From contig CAZAHL010000001.1 of assembly GCA_964484845.1 (NCBI GenBank), positions 2,878 through 66,877 of the forward strand: 64,000 nt of DNA, given 5' to 3'. This stretch comes from an uncultured Chryseolinea sp. GTDB lineage: Bacteria; Bacteroidota; Bacteroidia; Cytophagales; Cyclobacteriaceae. Shown piece by piece: positions 46,401 to 56,900 of this stretch. Position 1 is the stretch's first letter, and the number at the start of each line of letters is the position of its first letter. The translations under genes were made by a program, and so were the position numbers. The notes beneath the pieces are model-generated. The model had not been told where the DNA came from and ran no database searches. It saw only the letters and a program-made list of their open reading frames with translations.

Positions 46401-46720
46401 AGGTTGACTACTGGACTCCAGAGAATCCTACGAACGATTATCCCCGGCCCAGTTCTGCCACCAGCAGGGCCAGTTCGCGATACTATTCCACGCTGCAATA
46501 TGTTGACGGGTCATTCCTGAAGATTCGTGATGTTACGTTGGCTTACACGATTCCGACAAGCATCTCCGAAAAAATTTCCCTGTCCAGAGTACGCTTCTAC
46601 ACGACGGCCAAGAACTACTTCGTCTGGAGCAAAATAGATCCGTATGATCCGGAGCGGGGCGGCAACCTAAGCTTCCCGATGACTAGACAACTCGTGTTCG
46701 GCGTCAACATTGATCTTTGA
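43424..46720 (+). CDS. susC: SusC/RagA-family TonB-dependent transporter with N-terminal STN signalling domain
   Basis: 1098 aa. It has an STN-like region, a carboxypeptidase-regulatory-like domain ([37 protein letters not shown]), a plug ([29 protein letters not shown]) and a beta-barrel ending in an aromatic-rich terminus. Confidence 0.9.
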   Translation: [1098 protein letters not shown]

Positions 46721-46748
46721 TAATTACTTCATTAAGACACATAATATA

Positions 46749-48449
46749 ATGAGAACTATATTTTATAAAACTGTCGCTATCATACTAATAATATCGGTAA
46801 GCGCTTGTGAAGATTTTCTCAGTGAGGACAATAAAACCGGTCTTACTGCAAATTCATACTATGCCACTGTGGAGGGAGCCGAAGCCCTGGTTAATGCCTG
46901 TTATACTCCGATGCGTTTTTGGTATGGAAAGGAAAATGGCTTGGCCCTTACGGAAACAGGAACAGACATTTTTACAAGAGGAAGTGGAATGGAAAACCCG
47001 CCTGTTGCTTTGTATAATTCAGATTTGTCAGGAGCAAATGCGCCGTTGAATTTTTACTGGACCAGATTTTATTCCGCACTCAATTCAACGAACACGGCTG
47101 TGAAGCGGATACCATTGTCACCTTTATCTGATGAATTGAAAACGCTGCGACTTGCTGAGGTACGTTTTTTAAGGGCATTTTACCTGTGGCATATTGTTGA
47201 AACCTGGGGTGATGTACATTTGTCGCTAGAAGAGGTGTCGACAATTGAAACGACGGCCAATAGAACACCCGTTGACACATTTTACGAACAGATCTTTGAA
47301 GATCTTCAATTTGCGATTGACAACCTTCCGCCTACTTCCGCTCAATATGGAAGGGTGATCAAGCCAGCGGCCGAAGCTTTTATGGCGAGGATGCATTTAA
47401 CTCGGAAGAATTATGCAGAGGCTTCCGCACTGGCGAAGAAAGTGATAAACGACTACAGCTTTTCACTGGAACCGGTCTACGCCAATTTGTGGAATATCAA
47501 CAATATCAAGAACCCGGAAATCGTTTGGCTGGTCAATTTTACCGCGGACCTTACTTTGAATAAAGAATTGCAAGAGCCTAGGGTGGATGATGACACTCCC
47601 GTGCAAGAGATTCTTTTGCGCGATGGCGGCAACAACAGTCACATGTTCTTTTTAATGACCTATGATCAGGTTCAGGGAATGACGCGTGATATCGGGAACG
47701 GCAGGCCCTTTTCAAGGTTCATGCCGACAGCCTTCTTGTTGGACCTATTTGATGAGAGCATTGACAGCAGATATCATGCAACTTTTCAGACAGCTTGGTA
47801 TAGTAATAAGCCCGGTACATATAACCTGCCTCTTTCCAATGGCACAAATAAATCTGTTGTCTTTAAGCAGGGGGACACGGCCATTTTTGCCACGAAATAC
47901 CCGCTAACAAATGCTGAAAAGGATGCTTTACCCTATACGGTGGTCGATCGAAACAGGACCTATGGTGCCAATGACGTACCGAAGGTACGAGACAGGTTTC
48001 TTTCGTTAAGGAAATTTCTGGATCCGGCAAGGCCCACCATTTCCCAACAGCAGGGTAAGCGTGATTTCTTTGTTATCCGGTTGGCGGAAATGTATCTCAT
48101 CGCTGCTGAGGCCGAAATGCTTTTAGGAAATACCAATGATGCGGTTGATTATTTTAATGAGGTAAGGAGGCGCGCTGCGAACCCTGGAAAGAAAAGTGAC
48201 ATGGAGATCATGGCTGATCAATTGAATCTTGATATGATACTGGATGAACGTGCAAGGGAGTTCGCTGGGGAACAGCTGCGATGGTTCGATCTGAAAAGGA
48301 CGGATCGTCTGATCGAACGGGTACAGGCACACAATCCTGATGCGGCCAGTAATATAAAGGCCTATCATATTGTTCGACCCATCCCACAGGCACAATTAGA
48401 TGCCGTCTCTAACAAAGCTGAATTCATACAAAATGAAGGCTATCAATAG
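46749..48449 (+). CDS. susD: SusD/RagB-family nutrient-binding lipoprotein
   Basis: The start is at MRTIFYKTVAIILIISVSACEDF (46749; lipobox SAC), 28 bp after the susC stop. SusD-like helical blocks present: RAFYLWHIVETWGDV, MYLIAAEA, ERAREFAGEQLRWFDLKR. Confidence 0.85.
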   Translation: MRTIFYKTVAIILIISVSACEDFLSEDNKTGLTANSYYATVEGAEALVNACYTPMRFWYGKENGLALTETGTDIFTRGSGMENPPVALYNSDLSGANAPLNFYWTRFYSALNSTNTAVKRIPLSPLSDELKTLRLAEVRFLRAFYLWHIVETWGDVHLSLEEVSTIETTANRTPVDTFYEQIFEDLQFAIDNLPPTSAQYGRVIKPAAEAFMARMHLTRKNYAEASALAKKVINDYSFSLEPVYANLWNINNIKNPEIVWLVNFTADLTLNKELQEPRVDDDTPVQEILLRDGGNNSHMFFLMTYDQVQGMTRDIGNGRPFSRFMPTAFLLDLFDESIDSRYHATFQTAWYSNKPGTYNLPLSNGTNKSVVFKQGDTAIFATKYPLTNAEKDALPYTVVDRNRTYGANDVPKVRDRFLSLRKFLDPARPTISQQQGKRDFFVIRLAEMYLIAAEAEMLLGNTNDAVDYFNEVRRRAANPGKKSDMEIMADQLNLDMILDERAREFAGEQLRWFDLKRTDRLIERVQAHNPDAASNIKAYHIVRPIPQAQLDAVSNKAEFIQNEGYQ

Positions 48450-48491
48450 TGGCCTTTTCGGAATCGGCGTCGACCGATTATTATATCAGAG

Positions 48492-48519
48492 GCCGGAAAC
48501 AAAAGTTTCCGGCTTTTTT
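48492..48519 (+). terminator. Strong Rho-independent terminator
   Basis: GCCGGAAAC (48492..48500), loop aaaa, GTTTCCGGC (48505..48513), then TTTTTT (48514..48519). It begins 43 bp after the susD stop. Confidence 0.8.
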
Positions 48520-48552
48520 CCTTAAATCAATAACACAATTGTGAGGTAAATA

Positions 48553-50175
48553 ATGAAACGATGTTTTCAAATTATTCCTAGTTTGATGGTTGCGCTTTTT
48601 TTGCCACCCATGATCTATGCGCAACAGTCGGCAGTGTGGATTTCGGATCAGGGAAATGGCACCTATAAGAATCCAATACTTCACGCTGACTATTCAGACC
48701 CGGACGCGGTGCGTGTAGGCGAAGACTATTATATGACTGCCTCAAGTTTTGACGCAATTCCTGGACTTCCCATCCTGCATTCCCGGGATTTGGTAAACTG
48801 GTCTTTGATCGGCCACGCGCTAAAGCGGCAGCCACCTTTTGATCACTTCGAAAAAACACAACATGGTAATGGGGTATGGGCGCCGGCCATACGATACTAT
48901 AAAAATGAATTCTACATCTATTATCCAGATCCTGATTTCGGAATCTATCTGACCAAAGCAAAAAATCCGGCGGGGCCCTGGTCTGAGCCGGTATTGGTTG
49001 AAGGTGGAAAAGGATTGATAGATCCGTGCCCTCTCTGGGATGACGATGGCAACAACTACCTTGTCTATGCTTATGCCGGTAGCCGCGCAGGAATAAAAAG
49101 TGTTCTTGTTGTAAAGAAGCTCAGTGCTAATGGCGTTAGCGTTCTGGATGCCGGCGTAATTGTATACGATGGACATGAGCAGGACCCAACGATCGAAGGA
49201 CCTAAATTCTATAAGCGGAATGGCTACTATTACATCTTCGCGCCTGCTGGCGGTGTGGCTACCGGTTGGCAGTCCGTCCTGCGCTCGCGGAATGTATATG
49301 GTCCCTATGAACGCAAAGTGGTGATGGATCAGGGTAATACTTCGATCAACGGCCCTCACCAGGGTGCCTGGGTAGACACACCTTCAGCTGAGGACTGGTT
49401 TTTGCATTTTCAGGATAAAGGTGCGTATGGCCGTGTGGTACACCTGCAACCTATGAAATGGGTGAAAGACTGGCCAGTGATCGGTTCAGATCCGGATGGC
49501 GATGGTAAGGGTGAACCAGTGCTAACCTTCCGAAAGCCTTCGGCCACAACCAATGCACTACTGCGCACACCACTTGAATCAGACGAATTCAGTTCCCTTG
49601 ACCTTGGCCTTCAGTGGCAATGGCAAGCCAACCCCAAGGCTACGTGGGTCTTTACGGGCAAGGAAGGATATCTGAGGTTTTATGCCGCCAAAGTGCCGGA
49701 CAGCGCCCGTAATTACTGGGACGTTCCCAACATTTTGCTTCAGAAGTTTCCAGCGGAAGAATTCCGCGTTACCACCCGTTTAACATTTAAGCCTAATAAT
49801 AAGATTGAGAACGAGAAGGCGGGACTCATCGTCATGGGTCAAAGCTATGCCTATCTTGGGTTGAAGAGCACAAAAGAAGGTGTGCAACTGATTTACACAA
49901 CCTGCCTCAAGGCTGTAAACGGTACGGCGGAAACGGAACAAGTTTTAGCATCGTTCCGTGAGCCTGTAATCTACTTAAGGGTGAACGTATCACCGGGCGC
50001 GAAATGCTCCTTTAGCTACAGTCTGGACAATAAACGTTATACGGTGATTGATAGTCTATTTACGGCCGAGGCTGGGAAATGGATTGGTGCCAAGGTCGGT
50101 TTGTTTTGTACTCGTACGCAAACAACCAACGACTCAGGCCATGCGGACGTCGACTGGTTTCGTGTGGAAAAGTAG
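48553..50175 (+). CDS. Glycoside hydrolase family 43 (beta-xylosidase/alpha-L-arabinofuranosidase type) with C-terminal beta-sandwich domain
   Basis: 540 aa with a signal peptide. GH43 blocks present: NPILHADYSDPDAVRVGEDYYM (catalytic Asp), LIDPCPLWDDDGN, PTIEGPKFYKRNGYYYIF (catalytic Glu), HQGAWV. Confidence 0.85.
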   Translation: MKRCFQIIPSLMVALFLPPMIYAQQSAVWISDQGNGTYKNPILHADYSDPDAVRVGEDYYMTASSFDAIPGLPILHSRDLVNWSLIGHALKRQPPFDHFEKTQHGNGVWAPAIRYYKNEFYIYYPDPDFGIYLTKAKNPAGPWSEPVLVEGGKGLIDPCPLWDDDGNNYLVYAYAGSRAGIKSVLVVKKLSANGVSVLDAGVIVYDGHEQDPTIEGPKFYKRNGYYYIFAPAGGVATGWQSVLRSRNVYGPYERKVVMDQGNTSINGPHQGAWVDTPSAEDWFLHFQDKGAYGRVVHLQPMKWVKDWPVIGSDPDGDGKGEPVLTFRKPSATTNALLRTPLESDEFSSLDLGLQWQWQANPKATWVFTGKEGYLRFYAAKVPDSARNYWDVPNILLQKFPAEEFRVTTRLTFKPNNKIENEKAGLIVMGQSYAYLGLKSTKEGVQLIYTTCLKAVNGTAETEQVLASFREPVIYLRVNVSPGAKCSFSYSLDNKRYTVIDSLFTAEAGKWIGAKVGLFCTRTQTTNDSGHADVDWFRVEK

Positions 50176-50185
50176 CGTTTAACTT

Positions 50186-51400
50186 ATGACATATCTCATG
50201 ATCGTCAGACGAATTATAACTTCCATCCTGCTATTGGCTATTTATCTGCCTGCATTTGCACAAGCCAAAAAGCAGCAAGTGTCAGCCAAGGCAGCACTCT
50301 CAGTACGAATGGCCGAGTCGGACATGATCCGGAATCCTGACCCGGCGAAACTGGATTTCGTGAAGGAACCACGGTGGAACTACACGAACGGCCTTGTGTG
50401 TAGCGCCCTTGAGCAGGTCTGGAAGAAAACCGGTGACGTTAAATTCTACAATTACATTAAAAACTATGCTGATCAAATGATCAGCGAGGATGGCACGATA
50501 AAAAACTACAAGCGGCAGGACTATAACATTGATAAGGTAAACTCGGGCAAGTTCTTGTTTGCCCTGCGCGAGAAAACCGGTGATCCGAAATACGAAAGAG
50601 CGATTCGACTGCTGCGGGAACAAATGCGTACACATCCTCGTACTTCCGAAGGAGGGTTTTGGCACAAGCAAATCTACCCACACCAGATGTGGTTAGATGG
50701 TGTATATATGGGAGCGCCATTCCTGGCACAATTTGCCAGGGCGATGAACGAGCCTGCTGCCTTCGATGACGTTGCCTTGCAGATCCGTTTGATCGACAAG
50801 CACACCTATGATTCAGCTTCGGGCCTTTTCCACCATGCTTGGGATGAATCGCGCGAACAGCCGTGGGCCAACAACGTCGATGGTAAGTCACCGCACGTTT
50901 GGGGCCGTGCGATGGGTTGGTTCGCGATGGCGCTCGTTGATGTGCTTGACTTTTTTCCAGCAGATCATCCGGAACAAAAAGAGATTTTGAAAGTGGCTGA
51001 TAAAATGGCGCAGGCATTGGTCCGTTATCAGGATGCAACGTCTGGTGTGTGGTATCAGGTTGTGAACCTGGGGACACGCCCCGGAAACTACCTTGAGTCG
51101 TCAGCGTCGACCATGTTCTCCTATTTCCTGATGAAGGGTACGATGCGTGGGTATATCGATAAAAAATACACTGCCGCAGCGCGAAAGGGTTATGAGGGTG
51201 TACTCAATAATTTCGTCAAAACAGATGATCAAGGACTTGTCAGTATTACCCAAGCATGTTCAGTCGCGGGTCTTGGCGGTAACCCGTACCGCGACGGTTC
51301 ATTCGACTACTACATCAATGAACCTAAGCGTGACAATGACCCCAAGGCTGTAGGTCCGTTTATTATGCTTGCACTTCAGTTCGAGGCGCTGGGTCAATAA
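50186..51400 (+). CDS. Glycoside hydrolase family 105/88-type unsaturated glycuronyl (rhamnogalacturonyl) hydrolase
   Basis: 404 aa with a signal peptide. YteR/YesR-like blocks present: WNYTNGLV, HQMWLDGVYMGAPFLAQ, LFHHAWDE, WGRAMGWFAMALVDVLDFFP. Confidence 0.8.
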   Translation: MTYLMIVRRIITSILLLAIYLPAFAQAKKQQVSAKAALSVRMAESDMIRNPDPAKLDFVKEPRWNYTNGLVCSALEQVWKKTGDVKFYNYIKNYADQMISEDGTIKNYKRQDYNIDKVNSGKFLFALREKTGDPKYERAIRLLREQMRTHPRTSEGGFWHKQIYPHQMWLDGVYMGAPFLAQFARAMNEPAAFDDVALQIRLIDKHTYDSASGLFHHAWDESREQPWANNVDGKSPHVWGRAMGWFAMALVDVLDFFPADHPEQKEILKVADKMAQALVRYQDATSGVWYQVVNLGTRPGNYLESSASTMFSYFLMKGTMRGYIDKKYTAAARKGYEGVLNNFVKTDDQGLVSITQACSVAGLGGNPYRDGSFDYYINEPKRDNDPKAVGPFIMLALQFEALGQ

Positions 51401-51626
51401 CAGCAGGTAATGGTGAATCGAATGATGACCTATGAGTTATTCTCACTTTAATATTTATTGTCGACGAAACCCGCGAGAGAAGTTTGTGTCACGGCGATAG
51501 GCAATATTCAGCGAACATCGCGACAGCAGCACGCCGTAGACAGTCGAGCCAAAAACCATAACAATCAATATCGATCTTATGCATCCAAATGTTCAGTTCA
51601 GACTACTCCGAAGATAATTTCCACCT

Positions 51627-53858
51627 TTAGTGATGTCCGTGTAATGCAGCGGGTCTAGTAAAGTCCAAAACTTTCAACTGTATAAGTTCTAATTTATCGC
51701 TACCCTGATGCACTCTTAAAAATTGATTGGATTGTATATTGGTAAAAACCTGAACCCGTCGGGTTGGGTGCCATTGAATGGTAATTGTATCGATAATAGC
51801 AGCACGGCCAATACCGATTTCTCTTCGCAACGGAGATGCACCAAAGCTGCCCCCTGAATTAACATCGCGGTATACATGTCTCGTCCTTTCATCTTCCCGA
51901 AAAGTAACTTTAATGGAAGACCCGATAATGTTTTGATGATCTTTACCGACAAGGTCCAGTGTGATCCAATTATTCTTTGCATTTTGTCCGGGATTCAAAT
52001 AAAAAGCGTTATGAAAAGAATCTCCTTTGTAGGCTCCACCCATTTCTATATAAATATCCTGATCACCGTCATTATCAAGGTCAGCAAATGAAATGGCATG
52101 TCCCTTTTGCAAATGTCCCACACGCGCGGGTTTTGTAACATCAATAAATTTTTTGCCATTGACATTTTTAAACAACTTATTTGGTATGATAGATTCCAAC
52201 TCCGGATTTCCAGTACCCAAATAAAAATCAAGGAACCCGTCGTTGTCAATATCACCGAAATTGGCTGACATCGCAAACGCAGTTCGTTTTGTTCCGCTCT
52301 CTGCTGATACATTCGTGAAAGTGCCATCACGATTATTTCGATATAACATTACAGTGCCAGAAGTGCCTTTAAAAATTCTCAGGGCTTCTTCTGCGCAATA
52401 AGAAGATATAGATTTATCAAATGTAAAGTCACCTGCAAAAATATCAAGCCACCCATCGTTGTCATAATCCCAAAACCAGGTTGGAAAAGTTCTATCAGAG
52501 TCGCTACTCAGACCGGCTTTGTCCGTTACATCTTCAAACACCGGTATCTCTCCTTGAAGGCCTTTGTTTTTTAAAAGGAAACGCTTGCCCGATAAGCTTG
52601 TAACGAAGATGTCTTTCCATCCATCGTTATTATAATCGCCGGAGGCAACACCTTTAATGAAACCCAGTACATCACAGCTTGCCTCTTTTGCTACGTTTGT
52701 AAAAGTATTATCCTGATTGTTCAAGTACAGCTCACAAGGATGAGTTCCAGATAACGCATTCCCCTCCCATGTTTCATTGCCTATGAAAACATCTACCCAG
52801 CCATCATTATTAAAATCGTTCCATGTCGCAGTTTGCGTGGGATGAAACGATAACAGGCCGCTTTGAGTAGTAACGTCTGAAAATGTTCCATCGCCGTTGT
52901 TCATTAGTAGTGAATTGGGTTGTTTGCCATAATTCCCACGCAGCCACGCACCGCGCAAAACAAAAACATCTTTAAATCCGTCGTTGTTAAAATCCATCTG
53001 CATCAGATTTAATCCTCCCGTGATATCTTTTAACTTTGATTCCTCCGACTGATCGATGAAATTTCCTTCGCCATCATTTCTAAAATAATGCATCTCATCA
53101 TTAATGTCCCAGCTTGAGGTAATGATATCCAGGTAGCCATCGTTATCAAAATCATCGATAATAGTCCCGCCCGCCATATTATTTATATCTAAACCGAGGT
53201 CTGATGCAATGTCTTTGAAAGGCATAACAAACGCAGAGTCCTCGCTAGCCCCTAGTCCCGGAATCAAAACCGTGTTTGGCACATTCCAGGGATATTCTCC
53301 AAGTGTCATGTAAGCAAGATTAAGAAGCCATCGGTATTCCATGTTATCAGGATATTCGTCCAGCAACTCTTCATATATACGGATGGCATTACGGGAGCCT
53401 TCCGGTATTTTATGAATGCCAGTGCCTTGAATCGGAAGTATACATGTTTCAGAAGTATGATTGGCTACACAATTTTTTCTCTCTCCCATTCGAAGGTATG
53501 CAAGGGCTAATTGCACCTTTAGTTTATCCATACCTTTTATTCCCTCTTTGTTTATTTTTTCTACCTGCGCTTCCAGTAAGGGAATTGCGTCCTCTTCCCG
53601 ACCAGCCGCGATTAGCGCATAACTCTTGTTAAAAGTAAGCATCATTTTATCCTGCTTACTTTGAGTAGCATTAATCAATGAGTCGTAATATGCTATCTGC
53701 GGAATCGATGCGTAGTAATTATCCGGACGGTTATAGTCATCCCGTTGTTGTTTCAGAAGTTGGATCATTTCCTCATGAGATGAGGGCGTGGAATTACAGG
53801 AGAGAAGACTGGAGAAAAAAAAGACAACTAATAATTGGTTTAATTTAATTCTTTTCAT
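51627..53858 (-). CDS. CRTAC1-family lipoprotein (FG-GAP/VCBS + UnbV_ASPIC), paralog 3
   Basis: 743 aa with lipobox LLSC. It is colinear with the paralogs at 3386..5644 and 6805..9057, for example TTQSGLLSFHPTQTATWNDFNNDGWVDVFIGNET. The UnbV_ASPIC tail reads NNWITLDLVGKDHQNIIGSSIKV...VNSGGSFGASPLRREIGIG. Confidence 0.85.
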   Translation of the reverse strand: MKRIKLNQLLVVFFFSSLLSCNSTPSSHEEMIQLLKQQRDDYNRPDNYYASIPQIAYYDSLINATQSKQDKMMLTFNKSYALIAAGREEDAIPLLEAQVEKINKEGIKGMDKLKVQLALAYLRMGERKNCVANHTSETCILPIQGTGIHKIPEGSRNAIRIYEELLDEYPDNMEYRWLLNLAYMTLGEYPWNVPNTVLIPGLGASEDSAFVMPFKDIASDLGLDINNMAGGTIIDDFDNDGYLDIITSSWDINDEMHYFRNDGEGNFIDQSEESKLKDITGGLNLMQMDFNNDGFKDVFVLRGAWLRGNYGKQPNSLLMNNGDGTFSDVTTQSGLLSFHPTQTATWNDFNNDGWVDVFIGNETWEGNALSGTHPCELYLNNQDNTFTNVAKEASCDVLGFIKGVASGDYNNDGWKDIFVTSLSGKRFLLKNKGLQGEIPVFEDVTDKAGLSSDSDRTFPTWFWDYDNDGWLDIFAGDFTFDKSISSYCAEEALRIFKGTSGTVMLYRNNRDGTFTNVSAESGTKRTAFAMSANFGDIDNDGFLDFYLGTGNPELESIIPNKLFKNVNGKKFIDVTKPARVGHLQKGHAISFADLDNDGDQDIYIEMGGAYKGDSFHNAFYLNPGQNAKNNWITLDLVGKDHQNIIGSSIKVTFREDERTRHVYRDVNSGGSFGASPLRREIGIGRAAIIDTITIQWHPTRRVQVFTNIQSNQFLRVHQGSDKLELIQLKVLDFTRPAALHGHH

Positions 53859-53906
53859 TTCTAAACATCAAACTTTATAAAGAGTCCAAACCGTTTCTCA
53901 GCTACA

Positions 53907-56900
53907 TCACCGGTTATGCAACTTAATGTTTGCGATGCTTTTATCGCGCACAAGTACCCGACTGGAAGATGAAAGATAACTGCTCCCATAATAAAACTCG
54001 TGTTTTCTTTTCTTGCCATTCTTTAATTCGATGATAGACGAATTTGTTAGCCTGTCGACTCGAACCAAATTCTCTTTGGTATAAAGAGAAGCAGATGATT
54101 TCGCGAAAATCTTTAGGCTATCTCTGTTTTGAGTTGCCAGAAACAATTGAGTCCCATCATTGAGTGTAAGATTCGCTAGTCCTTTAGCATCGCCATCAAC
54201 AAAAAAACCAGATTGAGTCACAGTCATGGACTTAAAATTTCCTAGCCCGTCACCTCGAAGATAATTTCCAATTCCGGCATCGTAAAAACCCGATAATGTT
54301 TCCGAAGCATAGGAGTTACCGATTGTAAGGACATCAAGATTCCCGTCTTCATCTACGTCTGTTATAGAAACGCCATACATAGGAGAAAACTGAGCTTCAA
54401 CAGGAAGTTCCTTTATCTTAAAATTATTATCTCCTCTATTTTCAATATAAACAGACGCAAAAAGAGTACTTTTCAAAACCATGGCATCCTTAAGCATGGC
54501 TTCTGGCATAAGGTCCTTTATTCCCATCTCGCCATATTGCGAATAACGTTGAGCAACGCCTCTTAACTTCGGTATTTGTCCTGTCAACGTTTCCCTGGGG
54601 TGAACCGGATATTCTTTCCCCTGAATATACCTGCAAAGGATAGCATCCACTGATCCATTGTCGTCAAAGTCCTTTGCCGATACAGTAACCGGTTCAGTTA
54701 CGGACGCCCTATACACAGAATTTAGTCCAAGATTCCCAGCGATGTAGTCCATGTCTCCGTCATTATCAAAATCTCCTCCGGAGATGCTGTTCCACCATCC
54801 TGATGAATCTGGGATTTTTATGGACGTAAAAGACTTCCCCGCATTATTGATAAAAAACGTAATGGGCATCCATTCGCCCACGAGTGCAAGATCCATCCAG
54901 CCATCGTTATTTATATCAGTCCATAGAGCAGAAGTCACCATACCAGCTTTGCTTAATGACGGAGAAAATTTAGACGTTTGATTCTCGAATTTTCCATTAC
55001 CGTCATTTATTAATAGATAACTCTCAGGGATTTCAGGATAACGTATGGGGACAATTCTGCCCCCTACAAACAGATCGAGATCACCATCCTGATCAAAATC
55101 ATTCGCTACTACACAACTGCCACTGCTTAAAATCTTCGGCAATGCCGTTGTATCATACTCCAATTTGCCCCTACCGCTATTTCTGTAAAACCGGTCCTGA
55201 TATTTATCTGTATCATTTTTGAATTCAGAACTTCCGCTGACACAATATAAGTCCAGATCAGTGTCGTTATCCGCATCAAAAAGAATCAAGCCCATATCTT
55301 CAGAATCTTTTTCGGGAAGGGAGTCCAACTTGAACGAATTATTTTTTCCCTGGATAAAAACTTTAGCGCTATTAAAAGCTGCGCCTCCAATGATAAAATC
55401 TTCGAGGCCATCACTATTTATATCACCGACTGCAATTCCAGGTCCTCCTTGAGAATGCTTATGAGGCAATAACAACTGTCCTTCTAAAAAATCTATAAAA
55501 TCTTTTTCTTTGTGCTTATAGGGCTTACCTAGATTATTTATTTGTTTGAATATCGGCATCGGGGAAATTGAGTTGGGCATTTCTTTTCCCATTACTCCAT
55601 CCTTCTCATTTAGTGCAATTACTTGATTAACTCCTACATTTTTCAGAACCTGACTTTTTCCACTTAACCAAACAACTTTTATGGAATCCACTTTATCAGA
55701 CTTACTTTTCCCCAGTCCGAAATGCTCAAAATTCTCAACGGTTGATTTATAACCCCGTTGAGTTTGATGCTCGGAATAGTACATGTTACCCCTCTGATAC
55801 ACCCAGAGTTTTGCTCCAAATCCTTGCAAGTTGCCTTTTTCTCCTGAAAGCTTAATCCGCAGGAAATTATTTTCAGTTTTACCTTCTTTGTTAATCAAGT
55901 TATTCTGGTAAATAAAAGCTTCATCATTGATGTTATTCGTTACTAAGTCGAGATCTCCATCATTATCAAAATCGGCGTATGCAGCTCCATTTGAGTAAGA
56001 AGGTTGATCCAGTCCCCATTCACCTGCTTTATCTGAAAAAGTTAAATCACCATTATTTTTGAAAAGAAAATTTTGTTTTTTAACACCCATTAATTTTTCA
56101 ACTTCCTGACGGATCGTATTTAATCGGTTCTTGTCGGTGCTGAACATGGCCAGCTCTTTACTGTAGGCAATGAAATCCTGATCAGTAATATCTTTGCGAT
56201 AACCGTTTCCCACAAACAAATCGCGATACCCATCATTATCAAAGTCAGCCAGTAAGCTGCTCCAGCTCCAGTCCGTTGCATATATACCTGCCAAATATCC
56301 GATATCACTAAATGTGTTGTTCCCGTTATTGATTTGTAAAACATTCCGGATGTATTGATCCTGATAGCCTTTACTACGAAAAAGCATAAACCGGTCATAG
56401 CCTATGTTTGAAAACATTGTCTTCTGGCGTAAATTATCATCTGGCATCATGTCCAATGCCACAATGTCGTTCAAGCCATCATTATTAATATCTGCGATAT
56501 CCATTCCCATTCCATTTTGCTCCTGATGTTTCAACATAGTCGTAATGTTGTTGGAGAATGAATTCTTTTGAGTGTTGATTAAGAGATTGTCATTGGATAT
56601 AAAATCATTTGCGATGTACAGGTCAGGATAGCCATCTCTATTAAGATCATTTACCACCATTCCCAACCCCCAACCTTCTAATTGAATTCCTGCCTCCATT
56701 GATACATCCTTAAAAAAAGGTAATCCATTAACTACACCTTCATTTCGATAAAATTTATCAACACTTTTTGCAGTCCCATTATTTTTCATTCCCACCGCCT
56801 GATTTCGATTAAAATTCTCCAGGGCATTGGTTAAAAGATACATATCGAGATCGCCGTCAAGATCGTAGTCGAGAAAGGAAGCTTGCGTTGCGTAACTGGA

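Noticed and set aside
51401-51626. Relatively GC-rich 226-bp convergent spacer containing the 66-aa ORF 51458..51658 and short minus-strand ORFs.
   Set aside because: The ORFs are short, have odd composition and overlap the end of the CRTAC1-like gene. I found no hairpin, repeat or motif that would support a gene or an RNA.
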